This document shows, piece after piece, positions 54,905 through 57,647 of a stretch of 57,647 bases of DNA (its first letter is position 1; the number at the start of each line of letters is the position of its first letter). This stretch comes from a virus. Its lineage: Duplodnaviria > Caudoviricetes. Position numbers and translations under genes: made by a program. A model generated the notes under the pieces. The model was given only the letters and a program-made list of their open reading frames with translations, was not told the DNA's origin and ran no database searches. The stretch spans positions 1-57,647 of the IMG/VR virus record IMGVR_UViG_3300042514_000067; one strand, written 5' to 3'.

Positions 54905-57396
54905 TCTCTCTCCCTCTTAGGTTTTTGGGACGTTCTTTGTGCCATTTGCATGGCCATCTGAGCGCGGTTCTTGGCAATATCAACGCCAATTTTGGTACCC
55001 TCAATAAGCTGTTGCTTCTCGAGTTTGTCTTTTGCAGCAGCTGCGCTTGCACCAACCTGCATAGCCGCGATTTCTTTCTGAGCCGCAATACGTGACTCTT
55101 CAATACGAAGCTGGTCAGCTTTAGCTGCTGCATCGATCTGTTGCTTCTGCGCTTTAAGTTGGAGCTCTTGCATCTTGATTTGCAACTCTTGCTGCTGCAT
55201 CTGAATCAGTGGGTCTTGAGCTTGCTGTTGGGCTTGCTGTTGCGCCGCTGCTGATTGAGCTTGTTGAGTCATGCGCATCGATGCTTGTGCAGAAAGTTGT
55301 GCAACTTGTGCGGCCACTTCGGGGGCCATATTCTTTTCTTGCTCCTCTGTTGGTAACAGGAGGCCCACAGTCTGCTCAATCTCTTTGCGGTATGCGTATG
55401 CCAAGTGCTCGTTGATGTGAGCCTGCATGCCAGCCATGATTGCTTGACCTTGTGGGGTCTGCTGGATCATGCCCATGATCTTAGGGTTCTGAAGCATGCT
55501 TGTGTGCACTGCAATATGAGCTTGATGATCTTGCTCAATAAACGCCTTAACAGGTTTGCCTGTCAACACGTTCTGGTTCTCTTGCACTGGGTCTGTAGCC
55601 GTTGCATCGTCCTCGATAGGAATTAACTTAGCTGCGTTCTTGATGCCCAACACCTCAATCATTTGGCGGTGCAGGAGTGGCAAGTTGTAGAGTTGTGGTG
55701 CTGTCTGTGCGAGTTGAAGTGCGGCTTGGTACTGCACAATTTTCTGCGCCATCGTCGCAGCGTTTGGATCGCTCACAGGAATCACAGCGACCATGTCGTA
55801 GTCAGACTTCTTAGCACGACGTGAACCATCGACTGGCTCGTAGTCATACTCTTCTGGTGTGTAGTCAGCAATGATGGCTTTCAACAGCCGGAACTCTTGA
55901 CGCATCGAATAGTGCATACGCGCTTGCACTGCACCCATCACCTTTAACGTACGCTCAAGAATAGCCAGTGTTGTACCCACGGGTGCTTGCGCACTCATGT
56001 CACTGACGTTCATGTCTCCTGCGGAAGCGAACTGTCTACCCTCTTGCACAATGTTCTGGAACAAGGCAAAGAGAACCTGACTGGGTTCCTTGTAAGGCAA
56101 CGGCAAGATGTTGTCTCTGATGGATCCACTCGGTACATCAACATCACGAAACTCTCCCGGTGCGATAGGGGTGTCGTCACCCTTGACTCTGAGGCCCCGT
56201 GATTTGAGTCCGCCCGGTAAGTTAGATAGCGTACCTGCATCAACGAGCTGCCTGATGAGCATGGTCGCGCTCTTCGCATATCCGCCGATAAGGTGAATGA
56301 GACCATATCCATAAAATCCAAACCCCGGTATATATTGGTAATGTACAAAGTGCTGGCGCTTAATGTGCAGCGTATCATCTTCGTACCAATTGCGGCGAAT
56401 GGCAAGAATCTTAGTTGTCGCTTTCTCAACAGTCACAACATACGGCAGCGCAATACCTGTGGGCTCACCATCTTTATCTTTGTGCTCGTAACCTTTTAAG
56501 TCGAGGTCAACGTGCATCTCAAGTATGCGATACCTATCGTCCTGCACCGCTGACATACCTGTCTCTTCGTTCTTCTGCTTCTCAATATCATCGAGTTCAT
56601 TCGACGGATCACCCAAGTCCACGTCGCTGTAGAACCCAGCTTCTTGCAACTTGATAATCTCATTCTCAGTCTTACGCATCACGTGCGTAACGCGCTCGGC
56701 ACGCTCTAAGTTAGATGCGCCGTATGGCACAACAATGTCTTCTGCTGGGATGAACATTGCAACTTGACGTCCAATGCTTGGGTCGTAGTAGACCTTCTTA
56801 AACGCTGAGCCAGACAACGGCAAATTCCACAGCAGCTTCTCATGCTCTGGGCGATACTCAACCATCACCTCAGTGAGTTGGTAGTTCATGTCTTCTCTTA
56901 CGCGAGCAGATGCTTCTTCTTTTACAGGAGTATCTTTCCCCAAGATTTGCGTCTTCACTGGGCCAGCGGCGGGGAACGTCTCCATAATTCCCTCGGACTG
57001 AAAGCGCACAACAGACTCAGTCAACATAGGGTGGAACACACCACAAGCACCAGCCCATGGCTCTGTTCTTTCCTCATACTTGAGTCCAAGCAATTTCAGA
57101 CCTTCAACGTAGGTTCTGATCCAATCTTTGCGGTCGTTAATGTCTTTATCAAAGTCAGAAACTAATTCACCACCGAGTGCATCAAGTGCACTGTCATCCA
57201 TGAAATCAGCAAGGTTGGCGTCAAACTCTTCATCGCCCTCTTCAGTATCAGGAGAGAGTTCAATCTCAATATCACCCATACCGATGCGCACGCTCTCTGG
57301 GTCTTCAATCTCAATCTCCAATGGAGCCATGCCCATCTCTTCTTCAAGACCGAGAGGGGCTGCGTACAAACCTTTGTCCATAGAACTCGTTGCCAT
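54901..57396 (-). CDS. Portal protein (P22-like, long C-terminal barrel)
   Basis: 831 aa after terminase; HPMLTE, GSAFKKVYYD, FYGYGL, Gln-rich coiled-coil C-terminus. Confidence 0.9.
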   Translation of the reverse strand: MATSSMDKGLYAAPLGLEEEMGMAPLEIEIEDPESVRIGMGDIEIELSPDTEEGDEEFDANLADFMDDSALDALGGELVSDFDKDINDRKDWIRTYVEGLKLLGLKYEERTEPWAGACGVFHPMLTESVVRFQSEGIMETFPAAGPVKTQILGKDTPVKEEASARVREDMNYQLTEVMVEYRPEHEKLLWNLPLSGSAFKKVYYDPSIGRQVAMFIPAEDIVVPYGASNLERAERVTHVMRKTENEIIKLQEAGFYSDVDLGDPSNELDDIEKQKNEETGMSAVQDDRYRILEMHVDLDLKGYEHKDKDGEPTGIALPYVVTVEKATTKILAIRRNWYEDDTLHIKRQHFVHYQYIPGFGFYGYGLIHLIGGYAKSATMLIRQLVDAGTLSNLPGGLKSRGLRVKGDDTPIAPGEFRDVDVPSGSIRDNILPLPYKEPSQVLFALFQNIVQEGRQFASAGDMNVSDMSAQAPVGTTLAILERTLKVMGAVQARMHYSMRQEFRLLKAIIADYTPEEYDYEPVDGSRRAKKSDYDMVAVIPVSDPNAATMAQKIVQYQAALQLAQTAPQLYNLPLLHRQMIEVLGIKNAAKLIPIEDDATATDPVQENQNVLTGKPVKAFIEQDHQAHIAVHTSMLQNPKIMGMIQQTPQGQAIMAGMQAHINEHLAYAYRKEIEQTVGLLLPTEEQEKNMAPEVAAQVAQLSAQASMRMTQQAQSAAAQQQAQQQAQDPLIQMQQQELQIKMQELQLKAQKQQIDAAAKADQLRIEESRIAAQKEIAAMQVGASAAAAKDKLEKQQLIEGTKIGVDIAKNRAQMAMQMAQRTSQKPKRERD

Positions 57397-57405
57397 AATT
57401 TATCC

Positions 57406-57647
57406 TTAAACTGTATAGAACCGCTCGCGGCGGTGGCTCTTAAACCATTGAATCTCTTCAGGCTCATCGCTTGGTAAACGTAGGAACCCACCCTGACGGA
57501 AACGCATTAACGCTAGTGTCGTCGCGTCAACCAAGTCATCATGCTCCCCAGATGGGAACGCAGCAATCTCGTCAACTAACTCTTCTGCCCAGCGGGTCTG
57601 TGGAATCCATACTTTTCCACTCGCAATTATGTCTGAGACTGAGTTCA
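57406..57647 (-). CDS. terL: Terminase large subunit, C-terminal fragment (5' truncated)
   Basis: Translated ...WAEELVDEIAAFPSGEHDDLVDATTLAL..., RNase H-like nuclease motif; directly upstream of portal. Confidence 0.88.
   Translation of the reverse strand, partial: NSVSDIIASGKVWIPQTRWAEELVDEIAAFPSGEHDDLVDATTLALMRFRQGGFLRLPSDEPEEIQWFKSHRRERFYTV

Larger units (their letters stand above)
1..57647. mobile_element. Tailed dsDNA bacteriophage genome (partial; Caudoviricetes, podovirus-like morphogenesis module)
   Basis: Terminase, portal, capsid, tail fibre, lysis and PolA/primase genes in two convergent arms; no host housekeeping genes; window ends inside the terminase. Confidence 0.97.

Noticed and set aside
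19890-57409. Many + strand ORFs in the structural arm (e.g. 24208-25029, 35307-35972, 37083-37895) and - strand ORFs in the early arm
   Set aside because: Antisense shadows of well-supported genes, lacking RBS or motifs
57162-57491. 109-aa minus-strand ORF
   Set aside because: Out-of-frame overlap of the terminase end and portal start
1-57647. tRNA genes, integrase, terminal repeats
   Set aside because: No cloverleaf or recombinase motifs seen; the window is truncated within terL and at a palindrome copy, so genome ends and lifestyle cannot be determined

Overview
Nearly complete genome fragment of a tailed dsDNA phage with a podovirus-like virion module (P22-type portal, tail tubular proteins, large ejection proteins, no tape measure or tube genes). 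It has two convergent arms. On the + strand (1-19.6 kb) are early accessory genes (MoxR/CbbQ-like AAA ATPase, metallopeptidase-vWA protein, DUF3150-like protein, RHH/HTH regulators), then replication genes (VRR-NUC, family A DNA polymerase, Cas4-like exonuclease, HNH, SNF2 helicase, SSB-like protein, primase-helicase). On the - strand (57.6-19.6 kb) are a truncated terminase, portal, GroES, scaffold, major capsid, a cluster of small basic proteins, tail and fibre genes, a multi-gene lysis cassette and ejection proteins. No integrase, tRNA, CRISPR array or reverse transcriptase was seen. Main observations: (1) four unrelated small basic late proteins share a C-terminal tag preceded by an xAxGG motif that also recurs in the ejection proteins, which may be a head-loading/processing system; (2) 11 copies of a 14-bp palindrome CTAACAnnTGTTAG are confined to the first 7 kb, mostly on gene junctions and start codons; (3) an early-arm ORF carries a protein-level copy of the major capsid N-terminus; (4) a lysis-cassette membrane peptide is duplicated in the replication arm, and a T4 T-like holin is present; (5) there are two structured RNA candidates. 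All family assignments come from motif recognition by eye, not from database searches.
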